This document shows positions 49,883 through 60,432 of a stretch of 64,000 bases of DNA, piece after piece. Both the position numbers and the translations under genes were made by a program. The notes beneath the pieces were generated by a model, which had not been told where the DNA came from, searched no databases, and saw only the letters and a program-made list of their open reading frames with translations. The stretch spans positions 544,001 to 608,000 of the forward strand of contig CAXXSL010000011.1 in the NCBI GenBank assembly GCA_963675525.2. The letters run 5' to 3'. The stretch's first letter is position 1. Each line of letters starts with the position of its first letter. Source of the stretch: Anaerohalosphaeraceae bacterium (lineage in GTDB: Bacteria; Planctomycetota; Phycisphaerae; Sedimentisphaerales; Anaerohalosphaeraceae).

Positions 49883-51145
49883 ATGAGTAATGGAATGCAA
49901 ATCGCCAACGGGCTCACAGTGTACCGGAAAGTGTTGCTGTGGGCCTGTGTGGCATGTATCGTCGCCTCGGTCGGTTGCCGTCGCGCGAAAATTGAAACAA
50001 CCGTCGGGATGGATAGTCCCGAACAGACCTGGATACGGGTCTTGCTCTTTGGCAATCTCAGAAGATGCACAGTGACTTCAATAAATGGTTTTGTGGTGGA
50101 AGACCAACAAAACGGCGTTCTTGCGGAGTTCGATACGGACAAGCCGCTCGGCGTATTTCTGCTGGGCGAGCGCATCCTGATCGGCGAACACACATTCGGA
50201 CATAATATCACGATCAAACCGCGACAACCGTATGTGTTCAAGATCGACCGCGAAGCTTTTCGTGGAAACCTGCAGTTTCTCCTGAGGGAGGACGGGAACG
50301 GGTTGGATGTAATTAATCACGTACCGATGGAATCTTATTTGCTGGGTGTTGTCGGTGCCGAAATGCACAGCTATTGGGAACCGGAAGCCCTTAAAGCACA
50401 GGCCGTGGCCGCCAGAACATATTCTTTGTTTATCAAGAACCGGTTCGGTCAACATCGCAACTGGGATCTATCGCGAACCCAATCCAGCCAGGTCTATAAC
50501 GGCATCAAGGCGGAAACAGCAACCGTGGAGCGGGCTGTGAAAGACACTGCCGGAGAAGTACTGGTGTGTCCCTATCCGGACGGTCAGGAATTGATCTTTC
50601 CAACCTATTACAGTTCGTCCTGCGGCGGACATACGGAAAACGCCGACGAAGTTTTTGGTGACACGGTTGGTCCGCTTTGCGGCGTTGAATGCCCCTACTG
50701 TCAGGACATCGCCAGACAAAGCGATTTCAACTGGAAACCAATCACGTTCACGGCCGCTCAGGTATCCGAAAAACTCATGGAACGATATGACTCGTTGAAA
50801 AAGCTGGATACGATCGTTGATGTGAACGTGATCCGTACCGGGTATTTAGATCGTATCACCCGTGTGCAATTGATCGGTAAAAACGGAGGAAAGGACTGGC
50901 TTCGCGGCGAGGATTTCCGCCTATCGCTGGACTCTTCAGGAAGAAAACTGAAGAGTACCCTGTTTCAAATGAAAAAAAACGATCAGACGTTTGAGTTTAC
51001 GAACGGGCATGGATTCGGGCATGGCGTCGGACTGTGTCAGTGCGGTGCCCAGGGAATTGCCCGGGACGGTGCGGATTATCGTACGATATTGCAATACTAT
51101 TATCCCGGCTCAAAACTGGTGACGATTGAAACAGAAAAACCATGA
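49883..51145 (+). CDS. SpoIID/LytB domain protein (peptidoglycan lytic transglycosylase-like), probable lipoprotein
   Basis: E.YL.GVV.AEM, EALKAQAVAARTY, QVY.G, Y.SSCGG.T, G.GHGVGLCQ.GA, IL.YYYPG. Confidence 0.92.
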   Translation: MSNGMQIANGLTVYRKVLLWACVACIVASVGCRRAKIETTVGMDSPEQTWIRVLLFGNLRRCTVTSINGFVVEDQQNGVLAEFDTDKPLGVFLLGERILIGEHTFGHNITIKPRQPYVFKIDREAFRGNLQFLLREDGNGLDVINHVPMESYLLGVVGAEMHSYWEPEALKAQAVAARTYSLFIKNRFGQHRNWDLSRTQSSQVYNGIKAETATVERAVKDTAGEVLVCPYPDGQELIFPTYYSSSCGGHTENADEVFGDTVGPLCGVECPYCQDIARQSDFNWKPITFTAAQVSEKLMERYDSLKKLDTIVDVNVIRTGYLDRITRVQLIGKNGGKDWLRGEDFRLSLDSSGRKLKSTLFQMKKNDQTFEFTNGHGFGHGVGLCQCGAQGIARDGADYRTILQYYYPGSKLVTIETEKP

Positions 51146-52260
51146 AACCCTTTGAATTGAAAAATCAGGACACCCACAGCCGGGCTCGACGTGGTATTTT
51201 GCATACAGCTCACGGGGCGGTTCAGACGCCGGTCTTTATGCCGGTGGGTACTCGCGGTTGCGTCAAGGGAATTACCCCCGAACAGCTTCGGACGACTGGC
51301 GCCGAGATCGTGCTGGCCAATACGTATCACATGCTGCTGCGTCCGGGAACGGATGTGGTTCAATCGCTGGGCGGCCTGCACGGCCTGATGAGTTGGAACG
51401 GGCCGATTTTGACCGACAGCGGAGGGTACCAGGTTTTTTCACTCAGTACCCTGAATCGTATTGGTGAAGACGGTGTCGAGTTCGCCAGCCATATTGACGG
51501 TGCAAAGGTTTATCTCGATGCAACGGTTGCCACGCAAACGCAAAACCGGCTGGGTGCGGATATTATCATGTGTTTTGATGAGTGTACCCCGTGGCCCTGC
51601 CCGCAGGAACACTTAAAAAAAGCGGTCGAGCGAACGATCCGATGGGCCAAACAATGCAAAGAGGCCCACGCCAACGAACAACAGCTCTTATTCGGCATTG
51701 TTCAGGGTGGAGTCGATCCGGAACTGCGAAGTACCTGTGCAGGGGAATTGATAGCAATGGATTTTGACGGCTACGCCATCGGTGGCCTCAGTGTCGGCGA
51801 AGGTCACGACCACATGATACGAACGGTGACATATACCGCCCCGCTGCTGCCGGAAGACAAGGCACGCTATTTAATGGGTGTCGGCATGCCGGTCGATATC
51901 GTCGAGGCCGTGCGAAACGGTATCGATATGTTCGATTGTGTGCTGCCGAGCCGGAACGGACGGAACGCTTTCGCGTTTACCGATGACGGGCCGCTGCGGC
52001 TGCGGAACAGTCAATATATTTCGGATACCTCTCCGATCGAGGCGGACTGCCCGTGTTATGCTTGTCAGAATTTCGGAAAAGGGACGATCAGGCATTTTTT
52101 TAATGTCGGCGAAATGATGGGGCCGATCCTCGTATCGACCCATAACTTGACATACTATCAGCGATTGATGAAAACGATCCGGACTCGGATCGAAGAAGAT
52201 ACATTCGCCCAATGGGCCGATGAATTTTGTGCCAAACATAAAGAAGAAAAAGAAGAATAA
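51142..52260 (+). CDS. tgt: tRNA-guanine(34) transglycosylase
   Basis: TPVFMPVGT, LANTYH, LTDSGGYQVFSL, GIVQGG, AIGGLSVGE, RYLMGVG, DMFDCV, C.C..C...HN zinc site. Confidence 0.98.
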   Translation: MKPFELKNQDTHSRARRGILHTAHGAVQTPVFMPVGTRGCVKGITPEQLRTTGAEIVLANTYHMLLRPGTDVVQSLGGLHGLMSWNGPILTDSGGYQVFSLSTLNRIGEDGVEFASHIDGAKVYLDATVATQTQNRLGADIIMCFDECTPWPCPQEHLKKAVERTIRWAKQCKEAHANEQQLLFGIVQGGVDPELRSTCAGELIAMDFDGYAIGGLSVGEGHDHMIRTVTYTAPLLPEDKARYLMGVGMPVDIVEAVRNGIDMFDCVLPSRNGRNAFAFTDDGPLRLRNSQYISDTSPIEADCPCYACQNFGKGTIRHFFNVGEMMGPILVSTHNLTYYQRLMKTIRTRIEEDTFAQWADEFCAKHKEEKEE

Positions 52261-52284
52261 CGTTTAGAATAAAGGATTAGCAGA

Positions 52285-52722
52285 ATGAATCATATTTGGA
52301 TGTTAGCAGCAGCGGACAATGCCGGGCAAAATATTGAAGGCACCGAAGTCGGCATGGTGGACGAAGCCTCTCAAGACGTGCAGGAAGTCACACAGCAGGA
52401 CGGCGGCAGCGGAAAAGAACAATCTCCTCCTCTGGAGCCTCAGAAGACCAATCCCATGTTTCTTATTATGATCGCCGTTTTGGGTGTTTATATGTTTTTT
52501 ATCATGTTCCGCGGGCCCAAGAAAAAACAACAGGAACATCAGAAGATGGTTTCCTCGCTGACCAAGAATGACCGTGTGCGAACGATCGGCGGGATTTTCG
52601 GAACGGTCCTGGACGTTCGGGATAATGAAGTGGTTTTGAAGATCGACGAATCGACCAATGCCAAGATACGCGTCAGTCCTTCGGCCATTGCCACGGTTCT
52701 GAAAGACGGCAAAGACGAGTAA
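52285..52722 (+). CDS. yajC: Preprotein translocase subunit YajC
   Basis: Single TM helix, R..KK.Q......L..ND.V.TIGGI.G.V; between tgt and secD. Confidence 0.95.
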   Translation: MNHIWMLAAADNAGQNIEGTEVGMVDEASQDVQEVTQQDGGSGKEQSPPLEPQKTNPMFLIMIAVLGVYMFFIMFRGPKKKQQEHQKMVSSLTKNDRVRTIGGIFGTVLDVRDNEVVLKIDESTNAKIRVSPSAIATVLKDGKDE

Positions 52723-52782
52723 AAACGAATATACTGGAAAGCAAACAACAAACAGAAACTTTAATTAATTCAGGAACTGGCT

Positions 52783-55700
52783 ATGGATAAGAATCTTATC
52801 TGGAAAACAATATTAATCGTCATTTTAGTGTTATGGGCCGCTTGGGGGCTCTATCCTCCGCAGGAAAAACTCAAACAGGGTCTGGACCTGGCAGGCGGAA
52901 CCAGCCTGGTTTATGAGATCGACACAAGTGACCTCGAAAAAGGCGAGCAGAAAGATCTGGCACAGAATATGATTCCGATCCTGCTGAAACGTATTGACCC
53001 GACGCACGTCGCCAATATTGTCATGCGGCCACAGGGAGATACGCGTATCGAAATTCAGCTGCCGGTCGCCAGCCAGGAAACTAAGACAAAACGTCAAGCC
53101 TATGAAAATGCGCTTGTCAAGCTGGAAGGGGATAACACAAATTTACTGAAAATCCGACAGGCTCTAATGCAGGGTCCTGAGCGGCAAGCCGAAGTTTTCG
53201 CCGAATTTGCCAAGGGCGATCCGGCACGAGAGGAAATTCTCAATAAACTGGCAGAGATTTACACGCTTCGAAAAGAAAAACAGACACAGCGTGACCTGCT
53301 CTCGGCCGAGATGGCATCGGTCACGGCAACCCTCAAAGAAGCCGAGGTGACCTTTGATACCCTCGAAGGCAGAATCCCGAGTTGGGCCAAACTGCAAGCA
53401 GATCAACGCGCCGAGTCCATCAAAACATATGTTCAAAGCGCTGTTGAGGATGAGGCAGCCACTGATGATAAACTGACCGACAAACAGACAAAAGTAATCA
53501 CGCTAATCGACCAGTATATTGAGCTTTATAATAAGCAAGCCCCTATCCTGAATGAACTGACTAAAAAGGACGAAGGACTTAACGACCGATGGATCGCCGC
53601 ACAAAATGATCTCAAGAAGCTCAATTTAAACGTTGACCTGATGCGGGAAATCCTGCAGTTGCGGGCCGATTCCCAAGTGCGAAGTGAGAAGCTTGAAGCC
53701 CTGATGACCGACTTTGCCGATCGCAAAGACAAGATCGAGGCTGTTATTTCGGCGTATAATGAATATAGCAAAGTCAGCGGACAACTCGATGACCCCGAAG
53801 ACCTCAAGCGGATGCTTAAGGGTTCGGGGGTATTGGAGTTTCGCCTGCTGCCGACCAGTGCCGACGGCAAAAACACTGCCGCTGAATTGAAGGCCCGCAT
53901 TTCCGAACTTGAGGAAAAAGGACCGAAACTGGCCTCTAATAATAAATTCATCTGGTGTGAAATCGAAGACATCGATAATTTCCCGAAAGCCTTCGAGTCT
54001 GTCGGTGAACCGGCCATCGGTCAGTTTGGCGAAAAATTCTATGTCCTGTGCAGCAATCAGGTCCAGAATAATGAGGCTCTGCTGCAGGACGGCGAAAAGA
54101 AATGGAAACTCAACAAGGCCTTTCCGGCCACGGATCAGCAGGGACGCCGGGCAATTGGTTTCACCTTTGACGATGTCGCGGCAACTCGTTTCTTCCGCAT
54201 CACAAGCGAAAATCCCGGACGTCCATTATGCATTCTGCTGGACAACCAGGGCATTTCCGCACCAACGATCGGCGAAAGACCCATCCGTTCGCAGGGCATT
54301 ATTACCGGCTCTTTCACACAGACGGAAGTCAGCGATATGATCAACAAACTAAACGCCGGTTCCTTTCCGGCACGGCTTTCAGAGGTTCCCATTTCGGAAA
54401 AGAGTATCAGTGCTACCATTGGTACGGATAACCGTACACAGGGTATTCGCGCAGGCCTGATCGGACTGGCAGCGGTGGCGGTGTTCATGCTGATCTACTA
54501 CATGCTCAGCGGTGCCATTGCCGACATCGCCCTGATGCTGAACATTTTGTTTGTACTGGGTATCATGGCGTTGCTGAATGCAACGTTTACCCTGCCCGGT
54601 ATCGCCGGTTTGATCCTGACCATCGGCATGAGCGTGGACGCCAACGTGTTGATCTTCGAACGTATCCGCGAAGAACAGAACCGCGGTTCCTCCGTTAAAG
54701 CAGCAATCATCAATGGTTACCAACGTGCGTTCCGAACGATTTTCGACGCAAACCTGACAACCTTTGGCGTCGCGGCAATTCTTTATATGGCCGCTTCTGA
54801 AGAGATCAAGGGCTTCGCGATCGTGCTTATGCTCGGTATTATTTCGAGCATGTTTACCGCTCTGTTCGTCACACGCGTGATCTATGACTGGCTGACCGGC
54901 AGCCGGATGATTACCAACCGACTGGCGATGCTGGGAATGATGCAGAATACCAACGTCAACTGGATGGCCATGCGGCCGCTGTTTTTAACAATCTCTTCGG
55001 TAATGCTTATCGGTGGGCTGGCGGTGTTCTTTACGCATGATAAAATGACCCAGACCAGTAAATATGATATTGAGTTCATCGGCGGCACCAGCGTTGAAAT
55101 TGACTTGAAAGAAGGCACAGGATTTGACCGTGCCATGGTTCAAGAACGCATCAACCAGCACCTGAATACACCGGCCAAGGTGTATGAAGTCGGTGAAACC
55201 GGCCGCCAATTCGAAATCAGCACCACCGAAACCAATAAGACCACCGCAACGATAACTTCGGCAGAAGGCCAAACCCTGACCGCCGAAAGTCTCGCCGGGA
55301 CCATCGGGCAAAAAGCCGCCGAAATGGGCAGGGTCCTCTCAAATCTGAAAGTGACACCATTGAAAAACGGAACCTTTGAAGTCTCCACCAGCCGAGTGAA
55401 CGCTTCATTGGTTGAAAACGTTCTCACCGAGGCGCTTGTCGGGACCGCAACCGTCAGCGATCTGTCGGTTCAGGAAGTGGTCAGCGATGCGGTTCGAACC
55501 GCCTTTAAAGATTATCTGGTCGTACGGGAAAACCTGGGACTGGACATTACCAATACACAAAAAATCGAGATCGGGTCAGAAGACGCTACGCTTTTGGCCG
55601 ATTTCCTCGGCGGCATCAAGCTGTCCTGCACCTTACAAACACCGACAACCGCCGCCGACATGAAAGCGCGGATCAGCAATGTTCGTTTCAAACCGGACAT

Positions 55701-56484
55701 GCAGGATCTGACCTGGTACTCCTACAAATTGTTTAAAAATGATCTGACCGAGCCGAAAGAAGATGAGACCCTTACAAGCTTTGTCTATGTCAGTCTTCAT
55801 CCGGATGCAGGATACCGGACTCTTGAACAAAACGAATGGGATCGGTTTATTGAGAATGAAAAGATGACCATTACCGGAGCCGCCTCACTGGAGACGACGC
55901 TTTCCCGAGTCACCCAGATCGACCCTTCGATCGGTTCACAGTCCAAGCAGCGGGCCTTGATCGCTATCGTGCTGTCACTGCTGGCCATCATAGGCTATAT
56001 CTGGATTCGTTTCGGTACAGCCCGCTATGGATTCGCCGCCATTGCCGCACTCGTCCATGACGTTTGTATCACGCTTGGGGTGGTAACCGCCTGTGCGTTT
56101 ATCTCACAGACGAGTATCGGCAAAGCCCTGTTGATCACCGATTTCAAGATCAACCTGGAAATGGTTGCCGCGTTCCTGACGATCATCGGCTACTCGCTTA
56201 ATGACACCATTGTCGTCTTTGACCGAATCCGTGAAAACCGCGGCAAACTGAGCATCCTGACGCCCGAAATGATTTCCACCAGTATTAATCAGACACTGTC
56301 ACGTACCCTGTTGACATCCTTCACGACCTTCATGGTCGTTCTGGTTATGTACATCTGGGGCGGCGACGGGTTGCGTGGGTTTACTTTTGCGATGCTGATC
56401 GGTATTATCGTCGGTACCTATTCCTCCATCGCCATCGCTGCTCCGATCTTATTGCTCGGGGCATCTAAAAAATCGAAAAAGTAA
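52783..56484 (+). CDS. secDF: Fused protein translocase subunit SecDF with large periplasmic insertions
   Basis: GLDLAGG, TLPGIAG.ILTIGMSVDANVLIFERIREE, IFDANLTT, IKGFA; SecF half IEFIGG, LVHD, GYSLNDTIVVFDRIRE, QTLSRT, GTYSSI.IA.P. Confidence 0.97.
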   Translation: MDKNLIWKTILIVILVLWAAWGLYPPQEKLKQGLDLAGGTSLVYEIDTSDLEKGEQKDLAQNMIPILLKRIDPTHVANIVMRPQGDTRIEIQLPVASQETKTKRQAYENALVKLEGDNTNLLKIRQALMQGPERQAEVFAEFAKGDPAREEILNKLAEIYTLRKEKQTQRDLLSAEMASVTATLKEAEVTFDTLEGRIPSWAKLQADQRAESIKTYVQSAVEDEAATDDKLTDKQTKVITLIDQYIELYNKQAPILNELTKKDEGLNDRWIAAQNDLKKLNLNVDLMREILQLRADSQVRSEKLEALMTDFADRKDKIEAVISAYNEYSKVSGQLDDPEDLKRMLKGSGVLEFRLLPTSADGKNTAAELKARISELEEKGPKLASNNKFIWCEIEDIDNFPKAFESVGEPAIGQFGEKFYVLCSNQVQNNEALLQDGEKKWKLNKAFPATDQQGRRAIGFTFDDVAATRFFRITSENPGRPLCILLDNQGISAPTIGERPIRSQGIITGSFTQTEVSDMINKLNAGSFPARLSEVPISEKSISATIGTDNRTQGIRAGLIGLAAVAVFMLIYYMLSGAIADIALMLNILFVLGIMALLNATFTLPGIAGLILTIGMSVDANVLIFERIREEQNRGSSVKAAIINGYQRAFRTIFDANLTTFGVAAILYMAASEEIKGFAIVLMLGIISSMFTALFVTRVIYDWLTGSRMITNRLAMLGMMQNTNVNWMAMRPLFLTISSVMLIGGLAVFFTHDKMTQTSKYDIEFIGGTSVEIDLKEGTGFDRAMVQERINQHLNTPAKVYEVGETGRQFEISTTETNKTTATITSAEGQTLTAESLAGTIGQKAAEMGRVLSNLKVTPLKNGTFEVSTSRVNASLVENVLTEALVGTATVSDLSVQEVVSDAVRTAFKDYLVVRENLGLDITNTQKIEIGSEDATLLADFLGGIKLSCTLQTPTTAADMKARISNVRFKPDMQDLTWYSYKLFKNDLTEPKEDETLTSFVYVSLHPDAGYRTLEQNEWDRFIENEKMTITGAASLETTLSRVTQIDPSIGSQSKQRALIAIVLSLLAIIGYIWIRFGTARYGFAAIAALVHDVCITLGVVTACAFISQTSIGKALLITDFKINLEMVAAFLTIIGYSLNDTIVVFDRIRENRGKLSILTPEMISTSINQTLSRTLLTSFTTFMVVLVMYIWGGDGLRGFTFAMLIGIIVGTYSSIAIAAPILLLGASKKSKK

Positions 56485-56503
56485 CCGCAATTTTATAAAA
56501 AAC

Positions 56504-56539
56504 AAAAGCCGGGATGTTTCGCATGTCCCGGCTTTTTTT
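56504..56539. terminator. Bidirectional intrinsic terminator
   Basis: AAAAGCCGGGA...TCCCGGCTTTTTTT between secDF and the convergent pyr operon. Confidence 0.9.
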
Positions 56540-56566
56540 ATCTCACTCTTTAGAACATTATCACGC

Positions 56567-57082
56567 TCATTCAGATAGAAAGCCCGCTTTCTTTTGAATG
56601 CCTCGAATAAAATCACCTTTGGCATCGGCAAAATCATTGGAGTCTTTCCATTCCTTTTTGGCCAGATCCCGCTTCAACCCTGCGTATTCCAATGCGGCGG
56701 CCGGATTTCTCCTCAGGTAATCACGAAAAAGTAAATGGCGTATCCAAAACTCCGAACCAATTTCAACCATGTGAATATGGTGCGTAGCGATACCATCGGA
56801 CAGTTTCTTGAAAAACCGGCGATGCGGCATCACATCTTCATATTGAGGAAAATAGCTATATCCAAGCTCCTGTATTTTCGGAACAAGCTTGTCGGCATGC
56901 CCAAAATCCGGCAACCCCGCCATAATGTCGATAATCGGTTTGGCGATCAGATTGGTAACTGCCGTGGAACCGATGTGTTCAATAACTGGTTCAGCTGATG
57001 AAAGATGGGTAAAAAGAATTTGTTTTTCTTCTTCAAAGAGCTTCGGCCAAGCGAAGTCGTATTCGGATAAGACGATCTTCAT
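56567..57082 (-). CDS. GrpB/UPF0157 family nucleotidyltransferase-like protein
   Basis: Y...WP..F..E, IEHIGSTAV..L.AKPIIDI, HHIH, FRDYLR, Y..LK, AK..FI; ATGA overlap with the upstream gene. Confidence 0.9.
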   Translation of the reverse strand: MKIVLSEYDFAWPKLFEEEKQILFTHLSSAEPVIEHIGSTAVTNLIAKPIIDIMAGLPDFGHADKLVPKIQELGYSYFPQYEDVMPHRRFFKKLSDGIATHHIHMVEIGSEFWIRHLLFRDYLRRNPAAALEYAGLKRDLAKKEWKDSNDFADAKGDFIRGIQKKAGFLSE

Positions 57083-57564
57083 TTTTCGTCCATGCCAAAT
57101 GCATCCATCCACAGATCCGCTTCATGTTCCGTAACGCCGTTCCTCTTTTGAGAGGGTTCGGGAGCGGGCCGATTGGCCTGCTTTTCGAGCTGCTGGCACA
57201 TATAAGCCCAGAAAGGCTCGGCACGAATTGCCGTCGCTTTTCGTTTCGCCGCGGCCCTGCGAAGACGATTATCGCTGCTGACCACTACCAGGCTTTTCGG
57301 TGCGGAGTTGTCAAGAATTTTTTGTTCGATGATGTCATCCGCCTCACTGTTTTCGCCGGAAAAATAAACTTCAACCCCGTGAATGCCTCCCAGTTCGCGC
57401 TTGTCCGGCGGGCCAATGCCGTCAAAGACAATATGCCCATGGTCACGAACACAATGAAGAAAGTCGGCTATGATCCGGCACATTTGGACGTCGGTCAGCA
57501 TCGCAAACTCTTCATACCGTTGAACGGCACGAAGCAGATTGTACCCGTCAATCAAATACGGCAT
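57079..57564 (-). CDS. YacP/Rae1-like NYN (PIN-fold) domain protein
   Basis: LIDGYNL, VFDG, EADD.IE, VVSSD. Confidence 0.88.
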   Translation of the reverse strand: MPYLIDGYNLLRAVQRYEEFAMLTDVQMCRIIADFLHCVRDHGHIVFDGIGPPDKRELGGIHGVEVYFSGENSEADDIIEQKILDNSAPKSLVVVSSDNRLRRAAAKRKATAIRAEPFWAYMCQQLEKQANRPAPEPSQKRNGVTEHEADLWMDAFGMDEK

Positions 57565-57566
57565 GG

Positions 57567-58859
57567 CTAAACCTCGGCCTGATAACGAACTTCTCCGGCA
57601 ACGAGGGTATAAAGAACCTTGCCCTTAACTTTCCAGCCGTGATAAGGACAGTTTCGGCTTTTGGAGTAGAATTTTCCGGCATCGATGGTCCACTCGGCTT
57701 GCGGATCGATAATCGTAATATCCGCCCGGTCACCCACCCCAAGCCTGCCTTTTTCCACCTTCAGAATGTCGGCAGGCCGACAGGTCAGCATCGCCAGCAT
57801 TTCGGACCAGTCAATAATCCCCGGTTCGATTAGTGCTTTCATATACAGCGGCAATGCACATTCAATCCCGGCAATCCCACACGGTGCGGCCAAAAATTCC
57901 AGCTCTTTTTCGCTTTGAAGATGCGGAGCGTGATCGGTCGCCAATGCATCCACAAGCCCGTCCTTGATCGCCTGTTTGAGTGCATCGGTGTCTTTTTTCG
58001 CTCGCAACGGAGGGTTGACTTTATAGTTGGTATCATAATCGGCGATCGCTTCTTCGGTCAGCAGCAGATGGTGCGGCGTCACTTCACAAGTTACGTTAAT
58101 GCCCTGCTCTTTGGCCTGTCGAATGATCTCGACGGATCCGGCCGTCGAAATGTGCTGGACGTGGTAGCGGGCACCGGTCTTTTTGGCTAATTGAATATCC
58201 CGCCACAACATCATTTCCTCTGCCAGCGGGTCCATCCCCGGCAATCCGAGAACCGTCGAATTATATCCGGCGTTCATCACCCCGTTTTTGGCCAGCGAAT
58301 CATCCTGGCAATGTTGGGAAATGACCCGGTCGAACATCAAGCTGTATTTCATCGCACGCTGCATCACCGCAGTGTCCTGAACTCCGCCGCCGTCATCGGT
58401 AAAACCGATCGCACCGGCTTGCGCCATCAGGCCCATTTCCGATAATTCCTGACCCGCCCGGTCCTTGGTGATCGCACCCATCACATAAATAAATGTCTTG
58501 CGAGCCTGACGCCCCATGCGGTGTATGTACTCAACACCGGTGGCTTCGTCAATCGGCGGATTGGTATTGGGCATGCAGACAACAGACGTAAAACCACCCG
58601 CCACCGCGGCCGCCGATCCGGAAGCAATCGTTTCTTCTTCCTCGTCGCCCGGTTCACGGAAATGAACGTGCAGATCGATCAGGCCCGGCGCAACAATTTT
58701 GCCGGCAGCATCGATCTGCAAATCACAGGGATCATCAATCTTGCCGATTTTTTGGACATGATAGTTATCCACCAATACGTCGGAAATCCGGTCAATCCCG
58801 TTTGCCGGATCGATCAATCGCCCGTTTTTAATCAAAATTCGTTGTGACTGTGTCTTCAT
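57567..58859 (-). CDS. pyrC: Dihydroorotase
   Basis: PGLID.HVHFREPG, MPNT.P, FTDDG, HCQD, HIST, EVTPHH, K.NPPLR, TDHAPH. Confidence 0.96.
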   Translation of the reverse strand: MKTQSQRILIKNGRLIDPANGIDRISDVLVDNYHVQKIGKIDDPCDLQIDAAGKIVAPGLIDLHVHFREPGDEEEETIASGSAAAVAGGFTSVVCMPNTNPPIDEATGVEYIHRMGRQARKTFIYVMGAITKDRAGQELSEMGLMAQAGAIGFTDDGGGVQDTAVMQRAMKYSLMFDRVISQHCQDDSLAKNGVMNAGYNSTVLGLPGMDPLAEEMMLWRDIQLAKKTGARYHVQHISTAGSVEIIRQAKEQGINVTCEVTPHHLLLTEEAIADYDTNYKVNPPLRAKKDTDALKQAIKDGLVDALATDHAPHLQSEKELEFLAAPCGIAGIECALPLYMKALIEPGIIDWSEMLAMLTCRPADILKVEKGRLGVGDRADITIIDPQAEWTIDAGKFYSKSRNCPYHGWKVKGKVLYTLVAGEVRYQAEV

Positions 58860-59827
58860 GATTGTTTTTCTTTTGATTCCTGCGTGGCAGCCTGGTTCAC
58901 CAGGAACAGCACCGCCATTCGCACCGCCAGACCGTTGGCCACCTGTTTTAAAATAACACTATTCGGCCCATCGGCCACTTCGGATTCAATTTCGAGTCCG
59001 CGGTTGATCGGTCCGGGATGCATCACAGTAATGTCCGCCTTGGCTCGTTTCATCCGGTCAACTGTCAGTCCAAAGAAATGCGAATATTCTCGTACGGATG
59101 GAAATGGATTGCCGCCCATTCGTTCAAACTGGATCCGCAGCATGTTGATCACATCCAGCTCCTCGATCACAGCATCCAGACTGTGAGAAACCTTGACCGG
59201 CAGTTCATCCACACGCGCCGGCATTAGAGTCGGTGGACCGACCAGAATAACCTCAGCACCCAACTTTGTCATGGCATAGATATCGCTTCGCGCAACACGT
59301 GAATGAGCAATGTCTCCGACGATCCCGATCTTCAGCCCCTCCAGAGAGCCTCGCGCCTGCCGGATTGTATAGACATCCAGAAGGGCCTGAGTCGGATGTT
59401 CGTGGAAACCATCGCCGGCATTAACCACGCAGGCGTTAATTGAACGTGTCAGCAATTTCGGTGCCCCGCCGGCATTGTGACGAATAACGACAATGTCGAT
59501 TCCCATGGCTTCGAGATTGCGGGCTGTATCGATCAGGGTTTCACCTTTGCTGACCGAACTGGATTTTTTGGTGAATTCAATGACATCGGCACTCAGGCGA
59601 TTGGCAGCCAACGTGAAGCTGTTACGGGTTCGCGTACTGTCTTCAAAAAACATATTCACCACCACTTTGCCTCGCAGCGGCGGCGCTTTCTTGATCGAAC
59701 GGGTGCTGATCTGCTCGAACCCTTCGGCCGTATCCAGAATGAATTCTATTTCCTGTCGGCTCAAATCACTGATGCCGATCAGGTGTTTACGCGTCCACTG
59801 AAATTTGTTCGATTTCACACTCATCAT
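58856..59827 (-). CDS. pyrB: Aspartate carbamoyltransferase catalytic subunit
   Basis: FFEDSTRT, KGETL.DT, NAGDG.HEHPTQ, GDI.HSRVARS, LRIQFER, MHPGP.NRG.EI. Confidence 0.98.
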   Translation of the reverse strand: MMSVKSNKFQWTRKHLIGISDLSRQEIEFILDTAEGFEQISTRSIKKAPPLRGKVVVNMFFEDSTRTRNSFTLAANRLSADVIEFTKKSSSVSKGETLIDTARNLEAMGIDIVVIRHNAGGAPKLLTRSINACVVNAGDGFHEHPTQALLDVYTIRQARGSLEGLKIGIVGDIAHSRVARSDIYAMTKLGAEVILVGPPTLMPARVDELPVKVSHSLDAVIEELDVINMLRIQFERMGGNPFPSVREYSHFFGLTVDRMKRAKADITVMHPGPINRGLEIESEVADGPNSVILKQVANGLAVRMAVLFLVNQAATQESKEKQS

Positions 59828-60348
59828 TCCACGATCACTCGATCTTCCTGGTCCGTTTCGATGAAGTGAACACAGACCGATTTGTCTGCGTCCACAATCG
59901 TTTGGAGGCCGACATAATCGGCGCTGATCGGATATTCATGCTGTCCGCGATCCACCAGGACCGCCAGACGGACGGCACCCGGACGGCCCATATCGGTCAG
60001 CGCATCCATTGCCGCCCGAACACTTCGGCCGGTATGCAGTACATCATCAACCAGCAGGATCAGCTTGCCCGAAACATCAAATTCGATTTCGGTACTGCGA
60101 ACCGTCGGCTGGGTGTCTTTGGGTTCATTCAGATCGTCACGATAAAGGGTGATGTCCAGCGTCCCGCGAAGTATCTGGTCGGAAAAATAATCGCTGAGCT
60201 GCCCGCCCAGACGCTGGGCAAGAATTTCACCCCGACTGCGGATACCAATGATGGCAATATCCGAATCGGCGGGAATATCGGACTTAATTCGATTGACGAG
60301 GTCATCAATTGCGGCGGCTATCTGATCGGCGTTGAGTAATATATCCAT
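59824..60348 (-). CDS. pyrR: PyrR / uracil phosphoribosyltransferase
   Basis: GIRSRG, LDITLYRDD, LVDDVLHTGRS.RAA.DAL, LVDRG.HE.PI.ADYVG. Confidence 0.95.
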   Translation of the reverse strand: MDILLNADQIAAAIDDLVNRIKSDIPADSDIAIIGIRSRGEILAQRLGGQLSDYFSDQILRGTLDITLYRDDLNEPKDTQPTVRSTEIEFDVSGKLILLVDDVLHTGRSVRAAMDALTDMGRPGAVRLAVLVDRGQHEYPISADYVGLQTIVDADKSVCVHFIETDQEDRVIVE

Positions 60349-60432
60349 GGCTTTTTTGTCTTGTTTCTAAGCTTTTACTTAACTTTTTGGTTAGTTAAAG
60401 GCTGTTTTTTGCCGAAATTACTGTACGGCCAG

